From Nemertoderma westbladi (lineage: Eukaryota > Animalia > Xenacoelomorpha), in contig JAUCBJ010001088.1 of the NCBI GenBank assembly GCA_032718475.1, positions 85,581-149,580 of the forward strand: a stretch of DNA of 64,000 nt. Direction: 5' to 3'. Shown one piece after another: positions 24,950 through 37,847 of this stretch; within the stretch, counting starts at the first letter, position 1; every line of letters begins with the position of its first letter. The notes below the pieces were generated by a model. The model searched no databases, was not told the origin of the DNA, and saw only the letters and a list, made by a program, of their open reading frames with translations. The position numbers and the translations under genes were made by a program.

Positions 24950-27470
24950 TTCTTCCACTCTGTGTCATTAAGGAATGCCTGATTACCACCATGGGTGATC
25001 TTCCACAGTAAACCCTTCCACTGTGTTTCCTAAAGGAATGCCTGTTCACCACTATGGGTGATCTTCCACAGTAAACCCTTCCACTTTGTTTCCTAAAGGA
25101 ATGCCTGTTCACCACTGTGGGTGATCTTCCACAGTAAACCCTTCCACTCTGTTTCCTAAAGGAATGCCTGTTCACCACCATGGGTTATCTTTCACAGAAA
25201 ACCCTTCCACTCTGTTTCCTAAAGGAATGCCTGTTCACCACTGTGGGTGATCTTCCACAGTAAACCCTTCCACTCTGTTTCCTAAAGGAATGCCTGTTCA
25301 CCACAATGGGTTATCTTTCACAGAAAACCCTTCCATTCTGTTTCCTAAAGGAATGCCTGTTTACCACCATGGGTGATCTTCCACAGTAAACCCTTCCACT
25401 CTGTTTCCTAAAGGAATGCCTGTTCACCACCATGGGTTATCTTTCACAGAAAACCCTTCCACTCTGTTTCCTAAAGGAATGCCTGTTCACCACTGTGGGT
25501 GATCTTCCACAGTAAACCCTTCCACTCTGTTTCCTAAAGGAATGCCTGTTCACCACAATGGGTTATCTTTCACAGAAAACCCTTCCACTTTTTTTCCTAA
25601 AGGAATGCCTGTTCACCACCATGGGTGATCTTCCACAGTAAACCCTTCCACTGTGTTTCCTAAAGGAATGCCTGTTCACCATCATGGGTGATCTTCCACA
25701 GAAAACCCATCCATTCTGTTTCCTAAAGGAATGCCTGTTCAACCGTGGGTGATCTTCCACAGTAAACCCTTCCACTGTGTTTCCTAAAGGAATGCCTGTT
25801 CACCACTATGGGTTATCTTTCATAGAAAACCCTTCCATTCTGTTTCCTAAAGGAATGCCTGTTCACCACCATTGGTGATCTTTCCACAGTAACCCTTCCA
25901 CTCTGTTTCCTAAAGGAATGCCTGTTCACCACCATGGGTTATCTTTCACAGAAAACCCTTCCACTCTGTTTCCTAAAGGAATGCATGTTCACCACTGTGG
26001 GTGATCTTCCACAGTAAACCCTTCCACTCTGTTTCCTAAAGGAATGCCTGTTCACCACAATGGGTTATCTTCCACAGAATACCCTTCCACTTTTTTTCCT
26101 AAAGGAATGCCTGTTCACCACCATGGGTGATCTTCCACAGTAAACCCTTCCACTGTGTTTCCTAAAGGAATGCCTGTTCACCATCATGGGTGATCTTCCA
26201 CAGAAAACCCTTCCATTCTGTTTCCTAAAGGAATGCCTGTTCAACCGTGGGTGATCTTCCACAGTAAACCCTTCCACTGTGTTTCCTAAAGGAATGCCTG
26301 TTCACCACTATGGGTTATCTTTCATAGAAAACCCTTCCATTCTGTTTCCTAAAGGAATGCCTGTTCACCACCATTGGTGATCTTTCCACAGTAACCCTTC
26401 CACTCTGTTTCCTAAAGTAATGCCTGTTCACCAACATGGGTTATCTTTCACAGAAAACCCTTCCATTCTGTTTCCTAAAGGAATGCCTGTTCACCACCGT
26501 GGGTGATCTTCCACAGTAAACCCTTCCATTCTGTTTTCTAAAGGAATGCCTGTTCACCACCGTGGGTGATCTTCCACAGTAAACCCTTCCACTGTGTTTC
26601 CTAAAGGAATGCCTGTTCACCACCATGGGTTATCTTTCACAGAAAATCTTTCCACTCTGTTTCCTAAAGGAATGCCTGTTTAACACCATGGGTGATCTTC
26701 CACAGTAAACCCTTCCACTCTGTTTCCTAAAGGGATGCCTGTTCACCACTGTGGGTGATCTTCCACAGAAAATCTTTCTACTGTGTTTCCTAAAGGAATG
26801 CCTGTTCACCATCAATTGGTGATCTTCCACAGTAAACCTTTCCACTCTGTTTCCTAAAGCAATGCCTGTTCACCATCATGGGTGATCTTCCACAGAAAAC
26901 CCTTCCATTCTGTTTCCTAAAGGAATGCCTGTTCACCACCGTGGGTGATCTTCCACAGTAAACCCTTTCACTGTGTTTCCTAAAGGAATGCCTGTTCACC
27001 ACCATGGGTTATCTTTCATAGAAAACCCTTCCATTCTGTTTCCTAAAGGAATGCCTGTTCACCACCATTGTTGATCTTTCCACAGTAACCCTGCCACTCT
27101 GTTTCCTAAAGGAATGCCTGTTCACCATCATGGGTTATCTTTCACAGAAAACCCTTCCATTCTGTTTCCTAAAGGAATGCCTGTTCACCACCGTGGGTGA
27201 TCTTCCACAGTAAACCCTTCCATTCTGTTTCCTAAAGGAATGCCTGTCCACCACTGTGGGTGATCTTCCACAGTAAACCCTTCCACTCTGTTTCCTAAAG
27301 GAATGCCTGTTCACCACCATGGGTTATCTTTCACAGAAAACCCTTCCACTCTGTTTCCTAAAGGAATGCCTGTTCACCACTGTGGGTGATCTTCCACAGT
27401 AAACCCTTCCACTCTGTTTCCTAAAGGAATGCCTGTTCACCACAATGGCTTATCTTTCACAGAAAACCTT
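24950..27470. repeat. About 60-63-bp satellite array, about 40 units, SINE-tail derived
   Basis: ttcctaaaggaatgcctgttcaccaccatgggtgatcttccacagtaaacccttccactctgt repeated. Confidence 0.95.
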
Positions 27471-28459
27471 TTTCCTATCACATTTTTAGGATTTTGACCT
27501 ATCACAGATCTACTGAACTGAATTTCCTATATGTATGCTCATTCTCTGTGGTGGGTGGAAGCCTTTGTAAATAAGGTTATTCTTATCAGTTTTTCAGTGT
27601 TGTTGGTGATTCTAAGCCAGGAAGAACGGCTTTAGAGTATTTTGTGCTTTTCTGCTTTAGCCTTACACTAGTAGGCTTAATTATAAGGACATATATCCGT
27701 TATCTGATTGTCTTAACTCAAAACAAACTGGTTAATTGGCCCATACTGTGCAACTTAACTTAACATTACTGCTTTGCTGTCGGTTATTCATTATATTTGT
27801 GGATGAATTATTATATTTGGAATAACGAGAAATAACCCCGAAACCCAATATTCTTGATATACCGAAGGTAAGAGAGAAAGGTTACAGATAAACGATTGTG
27901 ACTTATGTTAAAGTGGTTTGAAGTGAATCTAATGTTATTTGATAGACCCTACATGATTCGGTCCGTGTTCCTTTTATATGTGACTAAAATCAGTGAAGAT
28001 CGGCAGATCAGTGTGCAGTATTGTGCGGCATTGTGTATGAGTGAGACTGATAACGAAGCATTTCCTAAAGAATGCGCCATATATGTGAATTGTAACTAAG
28101 CCATATCGTTGTGAGTAGTTTAAGTCATAACTCTGTTTATATGGATAGAGCGCCACGTCCTAAAGGAACTGTTAATATTCCCCGAAGGTGAATAATATTG
28201 TCAGAGATTATATAATACTGTCAGTCGAATAATACATTAGGCTTACATAGCAATAAGATTAAGCCGTCGAAGTCAATCTCCCGGGTATATCCAACGGGTG
28301 AATGATCGCGCACAGATTGGTTTCAACTAGTGTAGTGAATCAAATACTTGTCAGAGGCTAAAGCGATTTATTATCTAGAAGACATCCTAATTTGGCGGGT
28401 TAAACTGCCAAAGGTCTGAAAGCGCGAACAAACAATCTTCCTGCACAGTATACATCGAC

Positions 28460-29540
28460 CTAACAAAAGATTTTGATACATTAAATTTATCAATATTATT
28501 AAAGAAACTCGAAGCCTATGGGATAAGAGTTTAAGTGGCACTTAAACTTTAGATAGCTTTCTTACTTCCACAAATCATTTTGTACAATTAGGTCAAATTA
28601 TATCCTCACTGTGGGGTTACTCAAGGTTCTATTATCTCACGAACTTTATTTTTACTCTATATCAACGACCTCCCTAACTCTACCTAACTATTCACTACTT
28701 TGTTCGCTGATGATACCACACCCTTCTACTTTCTGATAAACTTGCACCTAACCTTATCTCGGAATTTAATCTAGAACTTACTAAGATATCTAACTGGCTA
28801 ACTGATAACAGTCTAACATTAAACCTAACCAAGACAGAAGCTACATTCTTCTCTAACACACATAATGTGTGTGACCTTCCTAACCTATACATAAACTCTA
28901 AAGCTATAAAATATACCGATAGCAGCAAAATACTTGGAGTTTAGAGACAAAAATTTATCGTGGAAAACTCATACCAACTACGTTCTTAAAAAAATATCAA
29001 AATCTGCAGGTATATTTTATAAACTTAGATATTTTATCTTTCCTTCACATATTCTACGGCAACTGTACTACTCACTAGCTCATCCTTATCTACAGTGCGG
29101 CATCACTCTCTGGGGCGGGACCTACTCTACTACTCTCCATCCAATCCGTGTTAAGATCAACAAAATTATCCGATGCATTACCTATAATCACAACCAATCG
29201 TCCTCCGCTCCAATATACAAATCATTACGTATTCTTCCACTCCATTTACTTTATAAACACCAGATAGGTAAATATATGTATGAACTCTATTAAAAAAACT
29301 ACAGATCTTACCCCAGAAATAAGAAACTTTTTCACCTTATACTCGACCGTTCATAACCACGCAACCCGGTTGGTAGCCAGAGCCAACTACAGGGTTCCTT
29401 TGGTTAGACTGAACACCAGCCAGCACTCCCTGAGTTTTCAAGGCCCATCCATCTGGAATTCAATTCCAACTTCTTTCAAAAAAAAAAACTAAAATAACTT
29501 TCTCTAAACATTTAGAAGCTCATCTATTTAATTCAAATTG
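28460..29540 (+). mobile_element. Decayed CR1/L2-type LINE, RT 3' part
   Basis: FDT..ILLKKLEAYG, QGS, YINDLP, LFADDT, KYLG, YYSLAHPYLQCGITLWG, QGPSIWN. Confidence 0.85.
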
Positions 29541-30059
29541 GCGACGACTTTGACACGTTAAACTTCTTTTACGAAAATAAAGTATTTTCATTCTTAAATT
29601 GTTACTCTTCCCCTCAAATTTACACCAAAATCGGGAGAAAAAGGAGTAACCAATAGCATTGCATTGATTTTACTTTTTTCCCGGTGGAAAAAGTAAAGTT
29701 AAATAAAATATTTTTTTTCTTATATCGTATTCTTATTTTTAACTATTGTTATTTGTCGTTTAATAAAATATATTTTACTTAAATAATAATTAGTTTTTAG
29801 TTAAATACCCCATGGGTTTCCGACCTTACGTTGACCCAACTAATTACGAGGACCCTGGACTCGCCGTTAAATAATTCGCTGCTGAATTCGACGCTGCCAA
29901 GAATATTGTAGTTGAATGTACTGTACAATCGGTGCAGGTGAATTATATTATATTTAGTGTAAAATACGGATATAGTAGGAGGGATATAAAGTTACAGAAT
30001 TTTTCAATTTCAATTTATTAGCCTTAAAACTTCAGTCAGCTATTAGTATACTAAATACA

Positions 30060-33000
30060 CCGTAACTGATAATTAAAAAGGCCAAATGTTTAGAACAAAT
30101 GTATAATGTAATGTAATATGACTAATATGCTATTTATACAGTATAAGTTTAATATATACACTAAAGTTAATGGTTAAAACCAGGCCTAGACATACATACA
30201 GATATAATACATACAGGAGAGGGTAAGTGTTCATCACACAGATGTGCCTGCCTACGGTAAGATTTCCATTCATACATACAGTACACACTACATACAAACA
30301 TAGACCATACAAACACAGACAAAGCTAAGTACTAGCACAATGGTAGGCGTATCTGACAAGGGAGAGCGCAATATAATAATGTGTAATGTGTGATTTTATA
30401 ATATATTTGAGTTATTTTTTTGTTGCTAGGTGATGGCTGACCTGTCGTATTGTTCCATGAAATGTTTTTTGAATTGTGGGATGAAGTTATTATTGCGAAT
30501 TTTATCACGTACGACTTTTCTTAATCTATTCCATGTGCGACTGCAGGCGACAAAGAATGAGTATGTACCATACTTGTTATTTGTCTTTGGTATCTTGATT
30601 GTGTTTGTGCGTACATTTAGTAATTTATTATTATTTAGTAATTGTGAAAGGAATGGTAGTTTTAGGTTTTGGAATGGCGCGATTTGATTTGTAACATATT
30701 TGTAGAGGTAATTGAGTGCGTGGTATTCCCGTAGTGCATTCAGGTGTGGTAATTTGGCTAATTTTCTAAGTTGAGTACCTGTCATGTCTCGTATATTTTG
30801 TTATAAACTAATCGCAGGGCATAGTTCTGTATTTTGTCCATTTTATATAATTTTCCTTTGTATCCGTGTTTGTCATGAAAGGGTGTAAATAGTGCACTGC
30901 AGTAATTGTGGTAAGGCATGACCAATGTCTTGTAGAGCATTAATTTTGTTGATGTGGGAAGCTGACCCTTAATTTGGCGTAACCTGGATGTTGCTGCTGA
31001 CATTTTGTGTGATGTGGCATCGATTTGGTTTTCACATGTTAGATTATTGTTGATTATAATTCCTAAGTATGTAATTTCCGACGATTGCGCAATAATCTTA
31101 TTATGTAGTGTGGGACTATAATTGTTTGTTTCTGAGGTTCTTTTTGTAGGTGATAAGAGCATAAGTTCTGTTTTGTTTGTGTTTATTTGCATGCATAGTG
31201 ATCCTAATATATTTTCAATGTTTAATATTTGCTCATTAAGGAGCTTTATCGCAGTGGCTGGGCTTTTATCTGAGCAGTATACTAGTGTGTCATCAGCGTA
31301 TTGTATTGTCTCAAGATTAATCTGCTCAGCAATATCATTCACGTATATTAAGAAGAATAGTGGTCCCAATTTTGTTCCCTGTGGAATGCCCCTATTACAA
31401 ATGGACCACTCTGAGAATATGTTCTGGAGCTTCACGGCCTGCGGACGGTTGCTCAGGTAGCTCTTGATTAGTTTCGATGCATCAGATTGGAAACCAATTT
31501 CATCCAGCTTTGTTAATAGGATGGAGTGATGTAATGAATTGAATGCCTTGGATAGGTCTAACACACCAATTGCTACATACTTGTTATTATCTAATTCCCA
31601 CCTCCATTATTCGGTTGCGTAAATGACCGCATCCATTGTACTGTATCCCTTTCTGAAACCAAATTGTTTATTTTGTAATATTTTATTATTATTTAGGTAG
31701 TTCATGATTTGTTTGTATAGAATTGTTTCAAAGATTCGTTCTAGTGTGGTGGTGACTGATATTGGTCTGTAGTTTGTTGCGTCTTCCCTATCACCCTTTT
31801 TAAATACTGGTGTTATATATGTGGACTTTAGTTTGTCTGGGAAAATACTTTTTGTCAAACATGGAATAATGGTATGAGTAAGCGGCGTTAGTATGATAGG
31901 GGCAATAAGCTTAATTGTTTTCGGTGAAAATATGGATGGGCCATTTGGCTTATTTGTATCAATTTTTGTAATTATCTCATATATGTCTAATTTTGATATA
32001 TTAGTGAAACTGAAACTAGATTTAGCTATTTTTTTTTAATTTTTATATGTCCCTCGCGATGGAAAATTCCCCAATCCTAAGTATGCGTCGTTCAATATGT
32101 TGGCTATTGGAATTGATTCGTATATAAGTTTCTTAGTAACAGTGTTGAATAATGCAATAATTTTCCCCTCCTCTTGTTTGTTCCTATTTGTTATTTTATT
32201 TATGACGGTCCATTTCTCTTTTGCATTTTTGGCGCCATTAAATTTTGATTTCACGTATTGGTTTTTTAGGTTTTTGTTTAGCGTGTTAAATTTATTTCTT
32301 GTTAGTTTAAAATCGTTGTAATCAGATTCTTTTTTTGAATGTCTCCACAGTATACGTTTTTTCTGTTTTTCTAAGTTTAATGATACTATTTCGTGTGTCC
32401 ACCACGGCGCCATTTTATTTTTATCTTTGGTTTTGTTGTATTTCTTTGTTATTATGGGGATATGTTTGTTGTGGGGCGAGCCACGAAGTGAGTGAGCCTT
32501 AGCGTAGTGGTACCATTAATCAACCTGTCGTTCTGTCGTTCTGTCGTTCTGTCGTTCTGTCGTTCTGTCGTTCTGTCGTGTTCAATTTTAAACGTTAATA
32601 ACTCGGCCAATCTTTGATGAAATCTATCCAAACTTGGTACACATGTTGTTTGGCAAAAGTTTAGAAATTTTCCAAGTAGAATTTCCGTGTGGCCTTCGAG
32701 AAGCTAAGATAATAGCAGTTAATTAGTTAATTAAGTTGATTGCGGTGAAAACGCCATTTTCAACCTGCCTTTTAAAGGAAATTAATTGTTTTACAGTATA
32801 AGATTTAAATAATTATACTTAAAAATTATACAGATATAATCCCCATACGTCATTCTATTATAGTTTTTAATTAGTTTAAGTGATTTGCTTTAATAAATGT
32901 GTCTTTAATTGATCTAAACGTAATTAAACCGCACAATTATTGAGTACAAATTTAATCCTTCCCATTATTCGATGAAAAAATTCTGGGTTGGAGCAAGTTA

Positions 33001-35120
33001 AATATTATTATTAGTAAATCTCAAATATATTTCGGTAGCTCAGCGCTATCATTATCAATAAATTACTTACAAATTCTAATCTAATATAAATTGCAGAAAT
33101 TGACTACCGTAACGTACTGTTGAAGATTGCACAAAAAACAGAATAAATTTTGTAACCAAAATTAGAAACATATGCTACTATATACATACGCTACACATAC
33201 ATCTTACATACAACCCATTATTTACTTCCCATTATTGGTCAAGTCTCTGCTGGTGTGGAGCTAGCTGCTGGGAGTTGTGGCTGTAGACTAACCTGAGAGG
33301 AATTGTAATAGAGGCAACCAGTATTGCTATTCCAGCCCAATCACTGAATTGTGTTTATTATAGGCTGGACGGGCCGCATAACCGTTCGACTATTACTACT
33401 ATTGCTATCTCAGTTAAATGACAGATATAATAACATAAATACAATCCATGGCATGGCTGTTGTAGGCTTCTGAAATAGTTTATTCCACAATGTATATGTC
33501 TGGTTATTTTTTAATTGAATTTTTGCAAAGTAGTAAAATTAATGTTCTTAAAAATAATATTATTATTTTATATGTAACCTAGGAAATTAGCAACATTTTT
33601 TCGCTGCAGCTTTAAGAGTGTACATTGATTTAATATTATTTCAATACCCATATTACTACATCGGCATAAGATGCGTTGGCGTTGTATCACACATCTCCAC
33701 ATATCACACATCTCCACATAGATGTATCAACAGTTACTCGCACAGTTTCGAAACTTCGCATAGTTATAACTGTATAAAGATCGTCAGTCTGCGTTTAGGA
33801 AAAATATTTTATGACAAAACAGGACAAGCGACGAGCGCAACGAGGCATATAATGAAGACGAGTACTGCGTTGACTAAATTATTATATAAACCACCTGGCT
33901 TCACATATTGATCGCATCCCTAGTTATTATTATTATAAAGATCGTCCTAGCTTGCGTTTAAGAAATATATTTAAATACAAAACAGGACGAACGCAAAGAG
34001 GCTTATAATGAAAACGAGTACTGCGTTTATTATATTCCTATAAACCACCTGGCTTTGCATATTTAACGTGCGATTGGAAATAAGTTCGTGCTACCCTTCC
34101 GTGGGTGGTAGATGTCGCGGTTATGTATTGGTGGTTGGGAAGGGTGGGGGGGGGGGGGGGGGTGCAGATTAAAAGGGGTGAACACGTACTGTCCACCTTT
34201 CTTTGATTGATTGGTGGTGTGGGTAAATTTCTCAAAACCTGATTTTGTGATACAGTCGCTGCATTTTAATTTGTATATAATAACTAGGCCTCGTGCTGCG
34301 CGAAGTCCCCACGAACGTGTATAATTGTTCAATTTTCTCCTCAAAATGGTTTTACGCTACATTGACATCAGTTTCTTGGTATCCATATAATTTTGCTTGC
34401 ATCGCTTATGAATAATTTCTCATTTAAGTTTTTGTAGTCTCGGTATGTGATATTTACTGGTTTCTTCTGTTTTTTGGTTTGTGTGGTGTTCGAATTGGTT
34501 TTCAGCTGTGTGGTTAATACTATGATTTCGTGATCAGAGAAATCTGATGGGAATGTATTACATTCTTTGGATATGTTTATATTTGATGTGATGAATAGAT
34601 CGATCAGAGAACTACTTTTTGGTGTATATCTTGTTGGGTGTTCAGTGGCAAGTTCAGTAGCAATAGCGTATCCCAGTAATATATTATGTCACATCTTGGC
34701 CAGATCGGATAGTGAAGGGCACGCTAAGTGTCATGAGGTTGACACGCTAAAGCGTGGTATCGGTCGGCGCAGGGCAGACTGCAATACCGGCAGATGCAGG
34801 AAACGGCAGGTTCGTGGAAACCTATCCCCGTCCCACACAGTCGGTGATGGAAGCCGTGGACTGTCGCCCTCGTGACCACATGTCTGTTTCGCTGTCCAGC
34901 TGTGCGCCACGTGGATGACTGAAAAGCTGGGCCCCTGGTGTAACCTTCGTCGATGTAGTTCTGTTGGCTCTCGTCACGAAATTTTCTGTACTGGTGAAAT
35001 ACATCTGAGTTAAAAGCGTTGGGATATTTCCGGATAATGTCGTCGGTACACGTAGATTCTCCCACTAAGTTTAATGCTAAAGTCGCTGATGATGACGTAT
35101 GTATCCTGAGCAGCCGTTTG
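30060..35120 (-). mobile_element. Decayed CR1/L2-type LINE (EN+RT), interrupted by insertions
   Basis: LDLSKAF, GIPQG, QYADDT, YLG, NYRPIS, QFGFR, PWW; endonuclease remnants at about 34340-34680 and 35070-35110. Confidence 0.85.
32470..34330 (+). mobile_element. Non-autonomous Helentron/DINE-1-like insertion
   Basis: Splits the LINE; short inverted ends gtgggg / ccccac; (ctgtcgtt)n microsatellite at about 32525-32580. Confidence 0.5.
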
Positions 35121-35330
35121 ATATAAGTGGTAGTATTAATAGTATACCCTCTTCGGCGACAGTTGGACCAACTTCACACCTTCGGTGTTAAGTAGGTCAT
35201 TAATTAATTAATTAATTAATTAATTAATTAATTGGACGATTAAACAATTAATTAACTGTTTAATCGATCGATTTGTATCAAATAATGTTGCCAAAAGCAA
35301 TTTAATTTGACACAAATCAATCAGGGAAGC

Positions 35331-35460
35331 AGGACAATTCGGTCCTAAAATATGCATATTAATGGGACCGAATTGTCCGGGACCGAATTGTCCGGGACCG
35401 AATTGTCCGGGACCGAATTGTCCGGGACCGAATTGTCCAGGACCGAATTGTCCGGGACCA
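35331..35460. repeat. 15-bp tandem repeat gggaccgaattgtcc, about 6 copies plus one inverted copy
   Basis: Seen directly; resembles subterminal repeats of a DNA transposon end. Confidence 0.85.
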
Positions 35461-36017
35461 AATTTAATTGGTATTATATAATGGTGAATGTTCTAGAAAC
35501 TTAATATATATTATTATATGGTAGGTAGCTAGAGTTTTTTTTACTAGCTAGTATTTTTTTAAAAATAAAAAAAATTTACTTTTTTTTGTTAGCATTATTA
35601 TTATTTTATGGTAGCTATGGTGTTTTTATGGAGCTTGTGAATTATTTACTAGCTAGTAATAGTATGTATTTAAAATGTTTATTTTTAAAACTGATATTTT
35701 TTATATACTGCGTATGTATACTGTATGTGATGTTGGTTGGTTAACAAGCCTAAATTATCTCATCTCATCTCATATCTCAAAATTAATCTCATTCAGGGAC
35801 TGTTATAATATCATCAATATTTTTGGTAATTAATATAATCAGCAACAGTTTAGGCCTAATTCTGAAATATCAATGTTTTCACAAGTGTTTTTATAATTTT
35901 AAGGAAATGCTAGCTAATAAAAAAAACACTAGCTACACCTTAATAAATAATATATAATAATGTTCTCGAATACTACCAATAACAAAAATAAAAAAAAATA
36001 CAGTATTTTTAAATTTA

Positions 36018-36497
36018 AAAACTACACCAGGAAAAGTAGAGTTTGGGAAAGGAATCCAAACACTACACCAGGAAAAGTAGAGTTTGGGAAAGGAATCCAA
36101 ACACTACACCAGGAAAAGTAGAGTTTGGGAAAGGAATCCAAACACTACACCAGGAAAAGTAGAGTTTGGGAAAGGAATCCAAACACTACACCAGGAAAAG
36201 TAGAGTTTGGGAAAGGAATCCAAACACTACACCAGGATAAGTAGATTTTGGAAAAGGAATCCAAACACTACACCAGGAAAAGTAGAGTTTGGAAAAGGAA
36301 TCCAGACACTACACCAGGAAAAGTAGAGTTTGGGAAAGGAATCCAAACACTACACCAGGAAAAGTAGAGTTTGGGAAAGGAATCCAAACACTACACCAGA
36401 AAAAGTAGAGTTTGGGAAAGGAATCCAAACACTACACCAGAAAAAGTAGAGTTTGGGAATGGAATCCAAACACTACACCAGGAAGAGTAGAGTTTGA
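36018..36497. repeat. 41-bp tandem repeat, about 12 units
   Basis: Period 41 (36021, 36062, ...); each unit has an internal inverted repeat ccaaacactac / gtagagtttgg. Confidence 0.95.
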
Positions 36498-37009
36498 GTA
36501 GAGTAGAGTTAATATCTATGTGCTTCTGTCTGCGAGCTTACTGACTGCCAGACTGCTTGACGCCACTTGGACGGAAATCGGCAGCTAATCGCCACACGCG
36601 TTTGCTTAGTTGATCTTAGATGGCAGCTTGTTGTGGCTGCAACGGGAAGACTGGTTGGTGCAGGAAGTGCGTCTGCGCGAAAGCACATCGAGACTGTAGT
36701 ATCAGCTGCGCCGCGAGGAAGAACGGGAATTGTGAAAACGTCGGTACGTCGTTAGTTCAGCCGTCATCTTTCCAGCCACTGCCGGACTGGGGCAGTGCTG
36801 TTCAGTTAATGTGGACGTACTTTTCTCAGCCATTAGATATATGTTCTCGTCGGCAGATGAAACCTGGTTGGACAATGATGGAACGTTATTTTCTCTCTCA
36901 TCTTCATCTGTGGGCGTTAAGTCTGGGGCAATTCCTAGTCACGCCGGTGCTGGTCCTGAGCTGTCTGGTGCCTGTACTGGTCTGTCTGGTGTTAGCCCAT
37001 GGTTGTCTG

Positions 37010-37580
37010 GGATGTCTACCGCGTCCTCGCCTGGACCCACTATGTCTACCGCGCCCCGGTCTGGACCCACGATGTCTACCGCGTCCCCACCTGGACCCAC
37101 GATGTCTACCGCGTCGCCACCTGGACCCACTATGTCTACCGCGTCCCCGCCAGGACCCACGATGTCTACCGTGTCCCCGCCTAGACCCACGATGTCTACC
37201 ACATCCCCACCTGGACATACGATGTCTACCGCATCCCCGCCTGGGCCCACGATGTCTACCGCGTTCCCGTCTGGACCCACGATGTCTACCGCGTCCCCGC
37301 CTGGACCCACTATGTCTACCGCGTCCCCGCCAGGACCCACGATGTCTACCGTGTCCCCGCCTGGACCCACGATGTCTACCACATCCCCACCTGGACACAC
37401 GATGTCTACCGCATCCCCGCCTGGACCCACGATGTCTACCGCGTTCCCGTCTGGACCCACGATGTCTACCGCGTCCCCGCCTGGACCCATGATGTCTACC
37501 GCGTCCCCGCCAGGGCCCACGATGTCTACCGCGTCCCCGCCTGGACCCACGATGTCTACCGCGTCCCCATCTGGACCTAC
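37010..37580 (+). repeat. 30-bp coding minisatellite (PGPTMSTASP)n, about 19 units
   Basis: ctggacccacgatgtctaccgcgtccccgc repeated in frame within the CRE ORF. Confidence 0.93.
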
Positions 37581-37847
37581 ACTGGCTTTAGTGGGTTGGT
37601 GTAATGGTAGATTCCCTGTTCACCAGTTAGATACCTCAATAAGACACATATACGAAACTATTGTACATTGGAGGGCTAACTTGTTCCTGGTCCCCCCAGG
37701 TGCTATAGGTAGAGAACTGGTAAGCGAAATGTCGAGAATAGTGGGTCTAGCAACTATGGATAACCCATTAAGAAATGTCGCCCTATCGGCGTTGATGATA
37801 CTGCCGGCGCTGCTCCTGCAGAAAACCAGCCGGATGTCTACAATGGC

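Noticed and set aside
24950-27470. CRISPR-like array or coding ORFs (VVNRHSFRK..) in the 60-bp satellite, also 47030-48575
   Set aside because: No unique spacers and no cas genes; the ORFs are translations of the repeat broken by stops and indels.
36018-36497. Hairpin-containing 41-bp array as CRISPR repeats
   Set aside because: Units are contiguous with no variable spacers; eukaryotic TE context.
36904-37550. Antisense and alternative-frame ORFs over the VNTRs (RG-rich, GPGGDAVDIV; also 50087-50758)
   Set aside because: Shadow frames of stop-free 24-30-bp repeats; at the CRE only the PGPTMSTASP frame joins the RT.
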